NCBI GenBank assembly: GCA_963735595.1
Contig: CAVTLK010000003.1
Span: forward strand, 78,905 to 142,904
Length of the DNA stretch: 64,000 bases
Source: an uncultured delta proteobacterium
Lineage (GTDB): Bacteria > Desulfobacterota > Zymogenia > Zymogenales > Zymogenaceae
Direction: 5' to 3'
Shown here: one piece after another, positions 43,171-53,823 of the stretch
Layout: the number at the start of each line of letters is the position of its first letter
Position numbering within the stretch: position 1 is the first letter of the stretch
Position numbers and translations under genes: made by a program
Notes under the pieces: generated by a model
Told to the model about the DNA's origin: nothing
Database searches by the model: none
The model's input: only the letters and a program-made list of their open reading frames with translations

Positions 43171-44096
43171 ATGAAGAAATTCGCGAAGATCGTTCTTATT
43201 GTGATCGCGTGTCTCGTTGTTATCGGATTCGTTGGGAAATACTTCCTTGTGGATCGGGCATCGATTCCGACGGACTCCTCTTTTACCATCGATATGGATG
43301 AGGTCAGACGGCTCGCGCTTTCGATGGGTGACGGCTTGCCCACCGAGGTCAGGTCGCTGATCGTTGCCGAGGGCGCTTTCCCGGGTCGTGGATGGTCGCC
43401 CCCGGCGTACGGGGCGAAATACCGATGGCCTTCATCGCCTATCAAGTCGTCTACCCCGACAAGACCGTCATAATCGACGCGTGCGCGGACAGGGCCGGTT
43501 TCGAGATGATGCCCTTTCCCTTGAAAGGCTATTCCGATGAAAACTACGGGGTCCTCCAGGAGTCGCTGAGGAAGGCGTCACTCATCCTGATTACCCATGA
43601 ACATTTCGACCATATCGTCGGCGTCGCCAAGTCTCCCTACCTTTCGGAGATCCTCCCGCGGCTGGTCCTCACGAAGGAACAGGCCGAGAGCCCTGACATG
43701 AAAAGTGCCGGCTTTCCCGCCGGTTCGCTTGACGGGTACAAGCCCCTCTCCTATGACCGGTACCATGCCGTCGCTCCGGGTATTGTCCTGATCAAAGCGA
43801 CAGGACATGCGCCGGGGCAGCAGATTATCTACCTGAAGACGACAGGGGGCGCCGAATACCTCTTCCTCGGCGATATCGTCTGGAGCCGGGAGAACCTGAC
43901 CCGGGAGGTAAACCGGCCGCTTCTCATGTCCCTGGTCCTGAGGGAGGACCTCGATTTGGCGCGGGGCGAGATACGCTGGATCATCGACAACCTCTCTGCG
44001 AACCCTAACAACACCATCACTTATCTGATCTCACACGACGGGCAGCAACTTGAGGAACAGATCCAGGCGGGTGTCGTCGCCGAGGGATTCAAATAG
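43171..44096 (+). CDS. Exported metallo-beta-lactamase-fold hydrolase, paralog 2 (frameshift near 43388)
   Basis: THEHFDH, GHAPG, FLGD, ISHD; LPTEVRSL shared with paralog 1. Confidence 0.85.
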
Positions 44097-44213
44097 CGGA
44101 AGACCCCGTTCTTTGAGGCCCGGCCGCATAACGGTACAGGGACAGCCCCGTCCGACTAATGGGATGCAGCGGGTCAGGTACATCGGGAAACAAATAGGAG
44201 ACCCCCGGCGACA

Positions 44214-45200
44214 ATGCGAGAAGAATACACGATCTTTCACCTTTCGGACACCCATTTCAACGGCGAGAACCTCGATCTGCTCAGCCTCGTGCTCAATAAC
44301 CTCGTCGATCTCGCCCCCCGGTACGTCCTGTTTACCGGCGATATCGTGGAAAGCCCGAAATATAACCCGCGCCCCTTTGTGCGGATGATCAGGAGCGCCC
44401 TTTCCCGGGTGGGGGAGAAGACCGGAAGGCAGCCGGTTTTTTTGGTAATCCCCGGAAACCACGATTTTTTCTGGATGGGGGCCTACGGCGTACGAAAGGT
44501 CCGCCGCTTCTATCAGGCCTTTCGGGAGGAGGAGCGCTCCTTTTTCTTTTCGGCCGAGGATGAGATTGCCATCGCCCCGTTCGACTCCAACCGGGTTGTC
44601 GAGCCGCGGGGGGGCTTCCGGCGAAAGCTGCTCCAAAGGATACGCTACAAGTCGCACGGCCTGATTATCGAAAAGGACCTCGACGAATTTTCCCAACAGG
44701 TAAAACAGCTGAGGAAATCGGGCGACGCCCGCCCTTTCGACAGGTCTTTGAAGATCGCCCTCATTCACCACCATGTGCTGCCGACGTCTTATAGCTACCT
44801 GCCGGCGCTGGCCGACGAGAGCTACATGATGCTCGAAAACGCCGGCGTATTCATCTATCGGCTCGTCCAGGAGGATTTCGACCTGATCCTTCACGGCCAC
44901 CGCCATTACCCGCAGTTCTGCCGCGCCGCTTACTATGACCAGCAGGGAAAGGAGAAGGTCATCTCAATCCTCGGCTGCGGATCATCGGGCAAACCCTACG
45001 ACCAGTGGATCGCCAGTGCGGGGCATAATTTCAACGTGATCCGCATCCATCGGGACGGTTCGGTGACGGCCGTGCAATACTTCAAATTCGGCACGGGCGA
45101 TTTCGTGCCGGCCGAGCGGGTGATCACGCTGAGGACACCCAAGCGGGAGGAAAAGACATTTGAGCACGAACCGGGAGGATGGTTCGGCCCGCAGTTTTAG
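44214..45200 (+). CDS. Calcineurin-like metallophosphoesterase
   Basis: SDTH, TGD, PGNHD, HHH, HGHRH. Confidence 0.9.
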   Translation: MREEYTIFHLSDTHFNGENLDLLSLVLNNLVDLAPRYVLFTGDIVESPKYNPRPFVRMIRSALSRVGEKTGRQPVFLVIPGNHDFFWMGAYGVRKVRRFYQAFREEERSFFFSAEDEIAIAPFDSNRVVEPRGGFRRKLLQRIRYKSHGLIIEKDLDEFSQQVKQLRKSGDARPFDRSLKIALIHHHVLPTSYSYLPALADESYMMLENAGVFIYRLVQEDFDLILHGHRHYPQFCRAAYYDQQGKEKVISILGCGSSGKPYDQWIASAGHNFNVIRIHRDGSVTAVQYFKFGTGDFVPAERVITLRTPKREEKTFEHEPGGWFGPQF

Positions 45201-45903
45201 GGCCCGGGCGCGTAAGACCTTTGACAAGGCGTCGTCATTCTACGGCTTTTTCGATTTCTTTTCGAAGGGAGTATTCACGGAGGCGGCCGCGCGGCTGTCC
45301 GCAACAATCCCGTTAGGGCCGGAAACGAGAATCCTCGAGGTCTTCTGCGCGACCGGGCTCTTTTCCCGGATTCTGGCCGGGATGGGGCACAGGGTAACCG
45401 CCGTCGATATCTCGCCCCTGATGATCCGAGCGGGCGGAGCGGGAGGCTCAGGGGCTTGCGCGTATCGGCTTTTCTCGTTGGGGATGCCGCCGACCTCCCG
45501 TTTTCGGACGCTGCCTTCGATCTGATGGTCGCCGGGCGCGGCCTTCACGGTATGCCGCCGGCGGTACGGGACGCCGTTGTTGCGGAGATCGGACGGGTAT
45601 GCTCCGGTCACGTCCTCTTTATGGAGCCGAAACGACCGGCGGGCGCATCCGGCAAGGGCCGTCATGGCGATTCTTGAACGGCTCGAAGGGGGATACGAAC
45701 ACTACCTCGAGTTTATCGCCCTGGATTTCTCGACCTACCTCAACGGCAGAGGGTTTTCCGCACGGGATCTGATGGTAACAGACAACGAGCATGTCATCCT
45801 GTGCCGCAAGGAACGCAGTTGCCACCTGACACGAGCCTCTTATTTCACTCCCACTCTTTCCCTTGACACCTACCGGCCTGACGGCTATTATCGAAGGCAA
45901 TGA
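45160..45903 (+). CDS. Class I SAM-dependent methyltransferase (frameshifted; end uncertain)
   Basis: ILEVFCATG, VDISP, GDAADLPFSDAAFD across frames. Confidence 0.75.
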
Positions 45904-47119
45904 TACGCGACCCCCGCAACGATTTTTCCATCAACGCCATGGCGCTGACCATCTTTACGACCAACATCGGGGGCGGCATCATTATCTCCATCCTTTCGCT
46001 CTACATAAAACACCTCGACATCAGCCTCACCCTGGGGGGACTTTGCCATCTCGCTGTTCGCGATCACCCGCGCGCATTTCCCAGCCGATCATCGGCCACT
46101 TTATCGACCGGATCGACCCCCGGCCCGTTATCACCACGGGGATCATTATCTTTACGATCGCCTCGGCGGCGCCGGCTATCCCCAACGCGGCAATCCTCTT
46201 TATCGCCCGGGCGCTCCTGGGCGTATCTTCGGGGATGGTGATCGTGGCCTGTTACACGATTATCGCGCGCCTCTATGAGGACGCCCACCTTCGCCGGATG
46301 GCCAACGCCCGGTTCATGGCGCTGGAGATGATCGGCTCGATCGTGGGGCCGGTGCTCGGATCGGTGACCTTCTGGCTGTCGGGCTCTTTCTCGATCTCCC
46401 TTTATCGTCTGCTCCATGTTCGGCATGATTGCGCTGGCGCTTGTTCCTGAAACGGGTAAAAGATATCGGGGGCGATAAACCGCCGCAGGTCGCCAACGAC
46501 AAAGACACGTCCCGCGAGCGCATGACGTTCGCCCCGGGCGGGTTTGCCTCCCTGGCGCTGCTTGTCGGGCCTCAATTTCACGCTCATGTTCGTCTGGGGC
46601 GGACTGATGCTGATGATGCCGTTGTTTGCCGACTCGGTCGGTATCGCCGGGTATAAGGCCGGCTATCTCTTCGGAACGCTTTCGTTCGGGATGATCCTTT
46701 CCATCTGGTTGACACAGCGCGAATTTTTAGGCAACACGGCCATTGATCCGCTCATCATCGTGGGCAGCTTCTTTGCCCTCATCCCACTGACGATCCTTGT
46801 GTTCGTGACGCATTTCTGGATATGGCTCCTGATCTTCTGGGCGATGGGGATGGGTGTGGGTCTGCTGTTTCCGATCTTCCCGTCTATGGCCAGCGAGGCC
46901 ATCGTGAACCGGCCGGGGCAGGGGGTTAGCTATCTTGAAATGGGCGGGAATATCGGCTTTATACTCGGGCCGATCATGACCTCGCTCTTTGTACGGGACG
47001 GCGACGTATCACTCGCGTTTTATTTCGAGGCCGCTGTATCCTACGTGACGGTGCCCGGGGCCATTGCCCTGGTGCTGCTGAGACGAAGACGGGCGCGGTC
47101 TATGGAGCAGCCCGTTTAA
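45900..47119 (+). CDS. MFS transporter (several frameshifts)
   Basis: QPIIGHFIDR, ARALLG, GPVLGS; about 12 TM segments over the pieces. Confidence 0.75.
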
Positions 47120-47768
47120 GGGTCTCGGAGATGACAAAGAGCACGCCCGCGCTTTCCATTGTCTTGAGGGACTCCTCCAGGTGCCCCGGCGGGGAGGCTA
47201 CCGGCCGGGAGAGGTCGTAAATGACCACCGCTTCAAAGCCCATCGTTACAGCGTCTTTGGCGCTGTAGAACACGCAGTAATCCAGCGCCAACCCCGAAAG
47301 GAAAACCCGCCGAATCTTCTTGTTCCTCAGGTATCCCGAGAGCCCGGTCTCGGTGGTCATATCGTTTTCCATGAGCACGGAATAACTGTCGATATCGCGG
47401 TGGTAGCCCTTCCTGAGGATGAGCGTCGCCCGGTCGGAATCGAAATCCGGGTGGAGGCGGGCGCCGTGGGTTCCCTGGACACAGTGATCGGGCCACAGGA
47501 CGGGTCCCAGCCCGGGGGCATCGTACAGGTCATAGGGTTTCTTGCCGGGATGAGTGGCGGCAAACGACCGATGGTCTTTAGGGTGCCAATCCTGGGTTGC
47601 CACCACGGTCCTGAAGAGGGGGAGGCAGCGGTTGATCCCGGAAACGATCCGGTCCCCGTCGGAGACGGGGAGGTTTCCTCCGGGCATAAAATCGGGCTGA
47701 AGGTCGACGACGATGAGGGCATCATCGTGGCCTATGGTGATGTCTTTCGCAAAATGAATATCTCGCAT
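47100..47768 (-). CDS. pncA: Nicotinamidase/pyrazinamidase
   Basis: VDLQPDFMPGG, TQDWHP, LWPDHCVQGT, RKG, GLALDYCV. Confidence 0.93.
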   Translation of the reverse strand: MRDIHFAKDITIGHDDALIVVDLQPDFMPGGNLPVSDGDRIVSGINRCLPLFRTVVATQDWHPKDHRSFAATHPGKKPYDLYDAPGLGPVLWPDHCVQGTHGARLHPDFDSDRATLILRKGYHRDIDSYSVLMENDMTTETGLSGYLRNKKIRRVFLSGLALDYCVFYSAKDAVTMGFEAVVIYDLSRPVASPPGHLEESLKTMESAGVLFVISETLKRAAP

Positions 47769-47901
47769 GGCGCCTCCTTGTGGCGTTACTATAGTGTATC
47801 CCATTTATTTGTGTCAAGGGAAATTGGAATTTCCTGCCGACGCGGCGGCCCGAGTAAATTGAGTATTGAAAGAGATAGAGTAGTTTGATAGAATAGTTGC
47901 G

Positions 47902-48738
47902 ATGATCAAGGATGTCGTCATAGAGCTGGTTCGGGGGCGCATCGTCTTTTCCTGCCCTCACTGCCTGGCGGGTGACGTCTTTTCGCCCGAGACCGTGGCC
48001 GGGACGTCCAGCGCCATAACCGCCGTCAAGTGCCCGCGCTGCAGTTATATGGTGAGCCTCAACAGGGCCAGGATCGAGGCGGCCGTCGCCGATATCATTG
48101 CCGATGACCCGCAGGCGAAAAATCCCTTCGAGCAGACGAAGGCGGGGGAGCCCGCCGCCGGTGAACCCCAACCGCCCCCGCCCCCCGCAGAACCGGAGAA
48201 TCCGCCGGCCCCGGCCGGCCCGGCCCTAAAAGTGCCGCCCGCGCACCGGCCCGCCGGCCCCCAACCCCCGGCCCCCGAGAAACTCCGTGCGGACTACGTG
48301 ATGCATCGGGTCCACGGTGAGAGGGGAACCCCGATGCCCTCGGCCGTGGGGCTCACGGACCTCATCCTCGTGGTGGATTTGGAGGACTCATTCCGGGACG
48401 ATATCTGGATTACCTTTTCGGATATCGCACGCGTCGAGGGGTACCGCGGCGCGATGGGCGCAGCCCAATATATCAAGAAGCGCGCCGGCGAGATCACCAT
48501 CATGATGATGGATTTAGACCTGGGCGACGGGAGCTGCTTTTCGGTGCTGGATGCGTTGAGGGACGACGACAGGGCCGCCGCTATCCCCGCCATCATTACC
48601 TATGTCGACAGAAACCAGCACGAGATCATCAAGAAGGGCCTGCGCAGCTACCCCCAGGTCAAGTTCTTTATCCAGAAAGAGGAATTCATCAAGAAGATGA
48701 TCGAGCTTTCAATCAAGATCGTCAAGCACGAGAGCTGA
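47902..48738 (+). CDS. Zn-ribbon, Pro-rich linker, receiver-like domain protein, paralog 1
   Basis: CPHC...CPRC; ILVVD...MMMDLDLGDG...FIQK. Confidence 0.7.
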   Translation: MIKDVVIELVRGRIVFSCPHCLAGDVFSPETVAGTSSAITAVKCPRCSYMVSLNRARIEAAVADIIADDPQAKNPFEQTKAGEPAAGEPQPPPPPAEPENPPAPAGPALKVPPAHRPAGPQPPAPEKLRADYVMHRVHGERGTPMPSAVGLTDLILVVDLEDSFRDDIWITFSDIARVEGYRGAMGAAQYIKKRAGEITIMMMDLDLGDGSCFSVLDALRDDDRAAAIPAIITYVDRNQHEIIKKGLRSYPQVKFFIQKEEFIKKMIELSIKIVKHES

Positions 48739-48917
48739 GGCGACCGCCGCTGTCTCCTGGCGCGGCCTCCTCACAGCGACTAATAGAACCTCTCTATAAT
48801 AAGCCGAAAAAAAGAAAATATATTTTTCACGCGCCCATTGTGTGGTATGATGCGCGCCATCGTACGTGTACCTATTTCTGATCACCAGGCTGATCTCCGG
48901 GTAATTGTGAAACGCCT

Positions 48918-49586
48918 ATGGCCTCCGACGTCGTCATTACCATCATCAACAGCGTGATCGTCTTCTCGTGTCCCGCCTGCATGAGAACCGGGGGATTCCC
49001 CCTCGAGCTGATACGGGAGATGAAGGGAGAGACGATCAACTACCCCTGCGGCCACTGCGGCGCCGAGGCGGCCTTCGACTCCGCCCGGGTGGAGGGGGCG
49101 GTGCGCCTGATGAAAAAGGACGACCCGTCCCTCAAGGGGCCGTTCGACGTGAAGTTTACCGAAGGGTCGCTGGATTCCGCGCGCGCCGGCGGCGCGGCCG
49201 ACCAGGACGTGATCGTGGTCATCGACAGCGACGAGACATTCCGGAAGGACATTGGTACGATCTTCGAAGGGCTGGCGCGGGTGGAGGCATACGGGGGGTG
49301 CAAGGGGGCTGCCGAGTTCATCATCACGCACGCCAGACAGGCCATCCTCGTGATCCTTGACGTCTACCTGGGCGACGGGACGTTTATGGACGTGCTCGGG
49401 GGCATCAAGGCAGACGAGAAGGCCGCCAAGATCTCCACGATCGTGGTCCACCCCACGCGCAAGGACCGGATCATCATCGAGCAGATGGTGCTGCCGTTCG
49501 AGCAGGTCAAGCGGATCATCCACAAAGACGAGCTCCTCAAACGCCTAACGGAACTTGCCGACAGGTTCCCGGCGAAGGGGAAGTAG
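48918..49586 (+). CDS. Zn-ribbon plus receiver-like domain protein, paralog 2
   Basis: CPAC...CGHC; IVVID...ILDVYLGDG...IIHK. Confidence 0.7.
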   Translation: MASDVVITIINSVIVFSCPACMRTGGFPLELIREMKGETINYPCGHCGAEAAFDSARVEGAVRLMKKDDPSLKGPFDVKFTEGSLDSARAGGAADQDVIVVIDSDETFRKDIGTIFEGLARVEAYGGCKGAAEFIITHARQAILVILDVYLGDGTFMDVLGGIKADEKAAKISTIVVHPTRKDRIIIEQMVLPFEQVKRIIHKDELLKRLTELADRFPAKGK

Positions 49587-49593
49587 ATTCCCC

Positions 49594-49709
49594 GTCATTG
49601 CGGGGAACGTAGCGACGTGGCAATCTCGAACGCGGTAACTACCCGGAATCACGTTGGCGTGAACAGCAACGTTCGAGATCGCCACAGCCCTTCGGGGCCT
49701 CGTAATGAC
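49594..49709. repeat. Complete inverted GTCATTGCG...CGTAATGAC palindromic element
   Basis: GTCATTGCG/CGTAATGAC ends; GTGGCAATCTCGAACG (49617-49632) pairs with CGTTCGAGATCGCCAC (49670-49685). Confidence 0.8.
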
Positions 49710-49854
49710 AGCTTTTAAATAGTACCGTGCCTTGTCAACATCCTCGGGCGGCTCACCATGCCGCCCGTTTTCTTTTTAACGAGGTGAGCTTACTATTGTA
49801 AAGGGGCTATTTCTGTGTTATAAAAAACGTCAGGCCTATACTATAGGATAGTTC

Positions 49855-51075
49855 ATGGCAAAGAAGAGCGACATACGGCCGGACGGCGTGAAGCCGACGT
49901 CAGACCCCCGGTCAAACCCCATCCTGCCCCCGTTCCCGCAGCAGACGTCGCCGTCGATGACGATCTTCAACATCGGCGCGGCCGTCGGACTGGCGGTGCT
50001 GCTGGTCGTGGTCATGCAGGCGACGGCCTCCATCCTCAAGCCCTTTTTTATCGCAATTTTTCTTTCCATCCTCGTCTACCCCGCGGTGGCGCTGCTCATC
50101 CGCTTCAAGGTGCCGAGGTTCGTCGCCTATTTTATCGTCTTTGCCGCCATCATCGGCATCATCTACGTCCTCGGGGTGCTGGTGTCCATCAACGTCTCGG
50201 CGTTTGCCGAGCGGCTCCCGTTTTACGAGGCGCGGCTGACCGTGCTTGCCGATCAGGCCGTCGATCTGATGCGACACCTCATGTCCCTTGACCGCTGGGG
50301 GCTGACCAAGGGCATCGACCTTTCCGTGATAGACCCCCTCCAGTATGTCTCACTTCCCAAGATCACCTCCTACATCGGGGCGAGCATCGGCTCAGTGTTC
50401 AGTATCGTCGGGGAGATCTTCGTAATCCTCATTTTCATGATTTTTATTCTCATGGAGGTGGACCGCATCTCCGCGCGCGTGATCTGGGCATACGGGGAAG
50501 AAAACGCCCCGGAGATACTGGCCGTGGCCGACGACATCAACACGAGTGTCATGAAGTACCTCTGGGTAAAGACGCTCATCAACATCGCCACGGGGCTTCT
50601 CACCAGCCTGGTCCTCGGGGTCGGCGGGATTGATTTTTTCATCCTCTGGGGCATCATCGCCTTCGTGCTCAACTATATCCCATACCTCGGCTCCGTCTTC
50701 GCGGTCGCCTTCCCCGTCCTGATGGCCCTTATCCAGATCACCCCGCTCGGGGCGCTGGTGATCTTGCTGTGCCTGATCGCGGTGCATTTCTCGCTGGGCA
50801 ACTTCATCGAACCAAAGGTGATGGGCCGGGAATTGAACCTCTCCCCGTTGGTGGTGCTGATCGCCCTGGCCTTCTGGGGGTGGCTCTGGGGATTCATCGG
50901 GATGGTGCTGGCCATCCCGATTACGGCTACCATCAAGATCGTCATGGAGCATATACCGGCCACCCGCAATCTCGCGCGCTTTATGAGCGACGTGCTGGAG
51001 CCGCCGCCCGACGAGCCCCCCGTCCGGAGGCATATCCCAATCTTTTCGCTGCTGCGCAGGGTCAGCAAGGGATGA
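49855..51075 (+). CDS. AI-2E family transporter, paralog 1
   Basis: LNYIPYLGS, EPKVMGRELNLSP, WGWLWGFIGMVLAIP. Confidence 0.92.
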   Translation: MAKKSDIRPDGVKPTSDPRSNPILPPFPQQTSPSMTIFNIGAAVGLAVLLVVVMQATASILKPFFIAIFLSILVYPAVALLIRFKVPRFVAYFIVFAAIIGIIYVLGVLVSINVSAFAERLPFYEARLTVLADQAVDLMRHLMSLDRWGLTKGIDLSVIDPLQYVSLPKITSYIGASIGSVFSIVGEIFVILIFMIFILMEVDRISARVIWAYGEENAPEILAVADDINTSVMKYLWVKTLINIATGLLTSLVLGVGGIDFFILWGIIAFVLNYIPYLGSVFAVAFPVLMALIQITPLGALVILLCLIAVHFSLGNFIEPKVMGRELNLSPLVVLIALAFWGWLWGFIGMVLAIPITATIKIVMEHIPATRNLARFMSDVLEPPPDEPPVRRHIPIFSLLRRVSKG

Positions 51076-51129
51076 GGCGGCCCGCGGCGTGAACACCACA
51101 TACCACAATATCAGCTTTCGTAACGGACA

Positions 51130-52295
51130 ATGACGGAAAATCGAAACCAGAACGACCGGCCGGGGCGGCCGGCGGCGGGGCGACGGCTCGTCCCGTATCA
51201 GAAGTTTATCGCGGTCGGCATCGGCGTGATCCTGGCGGTGGTCCTCGTCGTCGCGCTGAGGGCGCTGGGGCCGATCCTCAAGCCCTTTCTGATCGCGGTC
51301 TTCTTCTGTATCCTGATCTACCCCGTCGAGCGGCTGCTGGTGCGTGTGAAGGTACCGCGTCTCGTCGCCTATCTCCTGATCTTCGGCGTCGTGATCACGG
51401 CCGGTTATTTCATGGGGAAGCTCATTTCCTACAACGTCCGGGCGTTTTCCGACGAGCTGCCGGTCTATGAACAAACGATACGGTCGCAGGTCGAACGGCT
51501 CGACGGGTATATCCGGGATATGGATATCCTCAAAGAGCTGGACATCCCCGACGAATTGAACCTGAGGGACTGGTCGCCCCCGGCCACTTTTCGATCGACA
51601 GGTTCAAGATGATCGCCCGAAAGAGCATCGGGTCAGTCCTTTCGCTTGTCGCCAACACCGTGGTGGTGCTGCTGTTGATGATATTCATTCTCCTCGAAAC
51701 CGAGCACTTCCCGGCGCGTATCGTCTACGCCTACGGGGAGGCCCGCTCGGCCAAGATCCTCGAGGTGGCCGGTACCATTGTCGGGGACGTCATGAAGTAC
51801 CTGTCGGTTAAGACCCTGATTGCCGTTATCACCGGGCTCCTCTTCACGGGCTTTTTAGGGGCCTGCGGCGTGGAGTTCTTCGTCCTCTGGGGGGTCCTGG
51901 CCTTCGTACTCCATTTTATCCCCTACGTCGGGTCGTACGCCGCCGCGTTGCTGCCGGTGGCGATGGTCTTTATACAGTTCACCCCGGCAGCGGCCTTGCT
52001 GATGCTGGCGGTGCTGGTCGTAATCCAGCTCGTGCTCGGCAGTTACGTGGAGCCCCGGGTCATGGGCAGGGAGCTGAAGCTCTCTCCCCTCTTTATCGTG
52101 CTGGCTCTGGCCTTCTGGGGCTGGGTATGGGGGATCGTAGGCGTGTTCCTGGCCGTCCCTATCACCGCGACGATCAAGATCGTCATGGAGAACTTTTCCG
52201 GCACCCGCGGAATCGCGCGGATCATGAGCGATGTGACAGAGGGGACGCTCAGGAAGAAGGGCACGCAAAAAGGACGAGGCGCCGGCGGCAGGTAG
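51130..52295 (+). CDS. AI-2E family transporter, paralog 2 (frameshift near 51585)
   Basis: FIPYVGS, EPRVMGRELKLSP, WGWVWGIVG. Confidence 0.88.
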
Positions 52296-52445
52296 CGCCC
52301 GTAATAGCGGGTGAGGTAAAAATAGCGGGGCGGTGCACACTGTGCATCGCCCTGTTGTTGTACAGTGAGGGACTACTATTGAGATCCTATGGAAACGGTT
52401 TGTGAGGGTACGTAATCTTTTAATTACTTATGTTGATCCATTTTT

Positions 52446-52537
52446 CTTTGTGTCTTCGTGCCTTTGTGGTGAACCTTTCCTTCCTTTTTCTATGCCCAAT
52501 AGCGGGACTTTCACCACAAAGACACAAAGGCACAAAG
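52446..52537. repeat. 28-bp inverted repeat of the CACCACAAAG(A/G)CAC type
   Basis: CTTTGTGTCTTCGTGCCTTTGTGGTGAA ... TTCACCACAAAGACACAAAGGCACAAAG, 3 mismatches. Confidence 0.75.
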
Positions 52538-52620
52538 GGATAAACCAACTTGCTTCGATAAAAAGATAGCAGGAATGTCCACTCCGCGGTTTGGCCGATA
52601 GTCCCTCGACAACGTCCCTA

Positions 52621-53721
52621 TTACGTTGCCTCCAGCGGCTGGTAGGGCGTTTCGAAATAGCGGTGGTATCTCTTCGGAAGTGTCCGGTAGTCGACCCCTT
52701 TTGTCTTCCGTTCTATCTTCACCGAGTTGTAGCTGTTCCAGAACAGCACGGTCTTGTCCTTCAAGGCCCCCGTCCGGGCGCTGTGCATCATGGCCGCCGC
52801 GGTCTTGCCGGTGTAGGTACCGTCCAGGCCGATGCCGCAGGACCTCTTGAAGAGCCTGACGGCCGACATCCCGTCCTCGGAAAAACAGGCGTAGCCGGTG
52901 CCGATGCAGTCGTGAACGACGGTGAGGTCCGCCTCCGCCAGGGTAATGCCGGCAAAAGACCCCTCGTATCGGCCCAGTATCCGCGCCGCACCGTCGGCAA
53001 GCTCCTTTGCCTTGGGGAAGCTCGCGTACTGCAGGTCCGATACGCGGACCGCCACCACCTTCGTCGGCAGGCCGAGGGCCTTGACGCCGAGGGCGAGGCT
53101 GGCGGCCGTGCCGGAGGAACCGATGGTAACATAGATAAAATCGGGCACGGGAGCAAGGCCGGCGTCGATCTGCCGCTTGAGTTCGTAAATCCCACTCATA
53201 CCCCCGATCACGCCCAGGGGGCTCGATCCTCCGGCGGCCACAACATAGGGAAGTTTCCCGGTCCTTAGCAGGCAGCGCGCCGAGATCGCCAGGGTCCCGA
53301 GTACGACGGCCGGCGTATTCGGGAATTCGTGAAGCTCGGCCCCGACGAGCTTCTGGTAGAGGAGGTTTTTCCCGACGTACCGGGCGTTCTGCTGGGGCAG
53401 GTGAATCGAGATGGGATTGATCCCAATCTGCTTCGCGAATATGGCCGACGCCAGCGTAAAGTTGGAGCCCGCGTAGCCGAAGGCGATGGCGTGGGACGCC
53501 TTTTTTTTCAGCGCGTCGCCGAGGATGAACTCCAGCTTCCTGACCTTGTTGCCGCCGTAGAGATTCGAGCTCCTGTCGTCCCGCTTGATATAGAGTCCCT
53601 TGATTCCCAGCTCTTTTTCAAGACCGGTCAGCCGCTCAACGGGGGTGGGGTAGGTTCCGAAATCACAATGGGGTATCTTGTCGGAGAGGCCGGGATACGC
53701 GGCCAGCAGCGGGTTTGTCAT
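52621..53721 (-). CDS. PLP-dependent D-cysteine desulfhydrase/ACC deaminase family enzyme
   Basis: YPTPV, IKRDD, GGNKVRKLEF, GSN, LDGTYTGK. Confidence 0.9.
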   Translation of the reverse strand: MTNPLLAAYPGLSDKIPHCDFGTYPTPVERLTGLEKELGIKGLYIKRDDRSSNLYGGNKVRKLEFILGDALKKKASHAIAFGYAGSNFTLASAIFAKQIGINPISIHLPQQNARYVGKNLLYQKLVGAELHEFPNTPAVVLGTLAISARCLLRTGKLPYVVAAGGSSPLGVIGGMSGIYELKRQIDAGLAPVPDFIYVTIGSSGTAASLALGVKALGLPTKVVAVRVSDLQYASFPKAKELADGAARILGRYEGSFAGITLAEADLTVVHDCIGTGYACFSEDGMSAVRLFKRSCGIGLDGTYTGKTAAAMMHSARTGALKDKTVLFWNSYNSVKIERKTKGVDYRTLPKRYHRYFETPYQPLEAT

Positions 53722-53823
53722 AGGGACTCCTTTTCCTTGTTGAAGGCATGGTATCGTTTTTGTTGAATAATTGCAAGGCGTTTTTCCTTGACAGGAAACG
53801 AAGTTAAGGGGACTATTGATACC

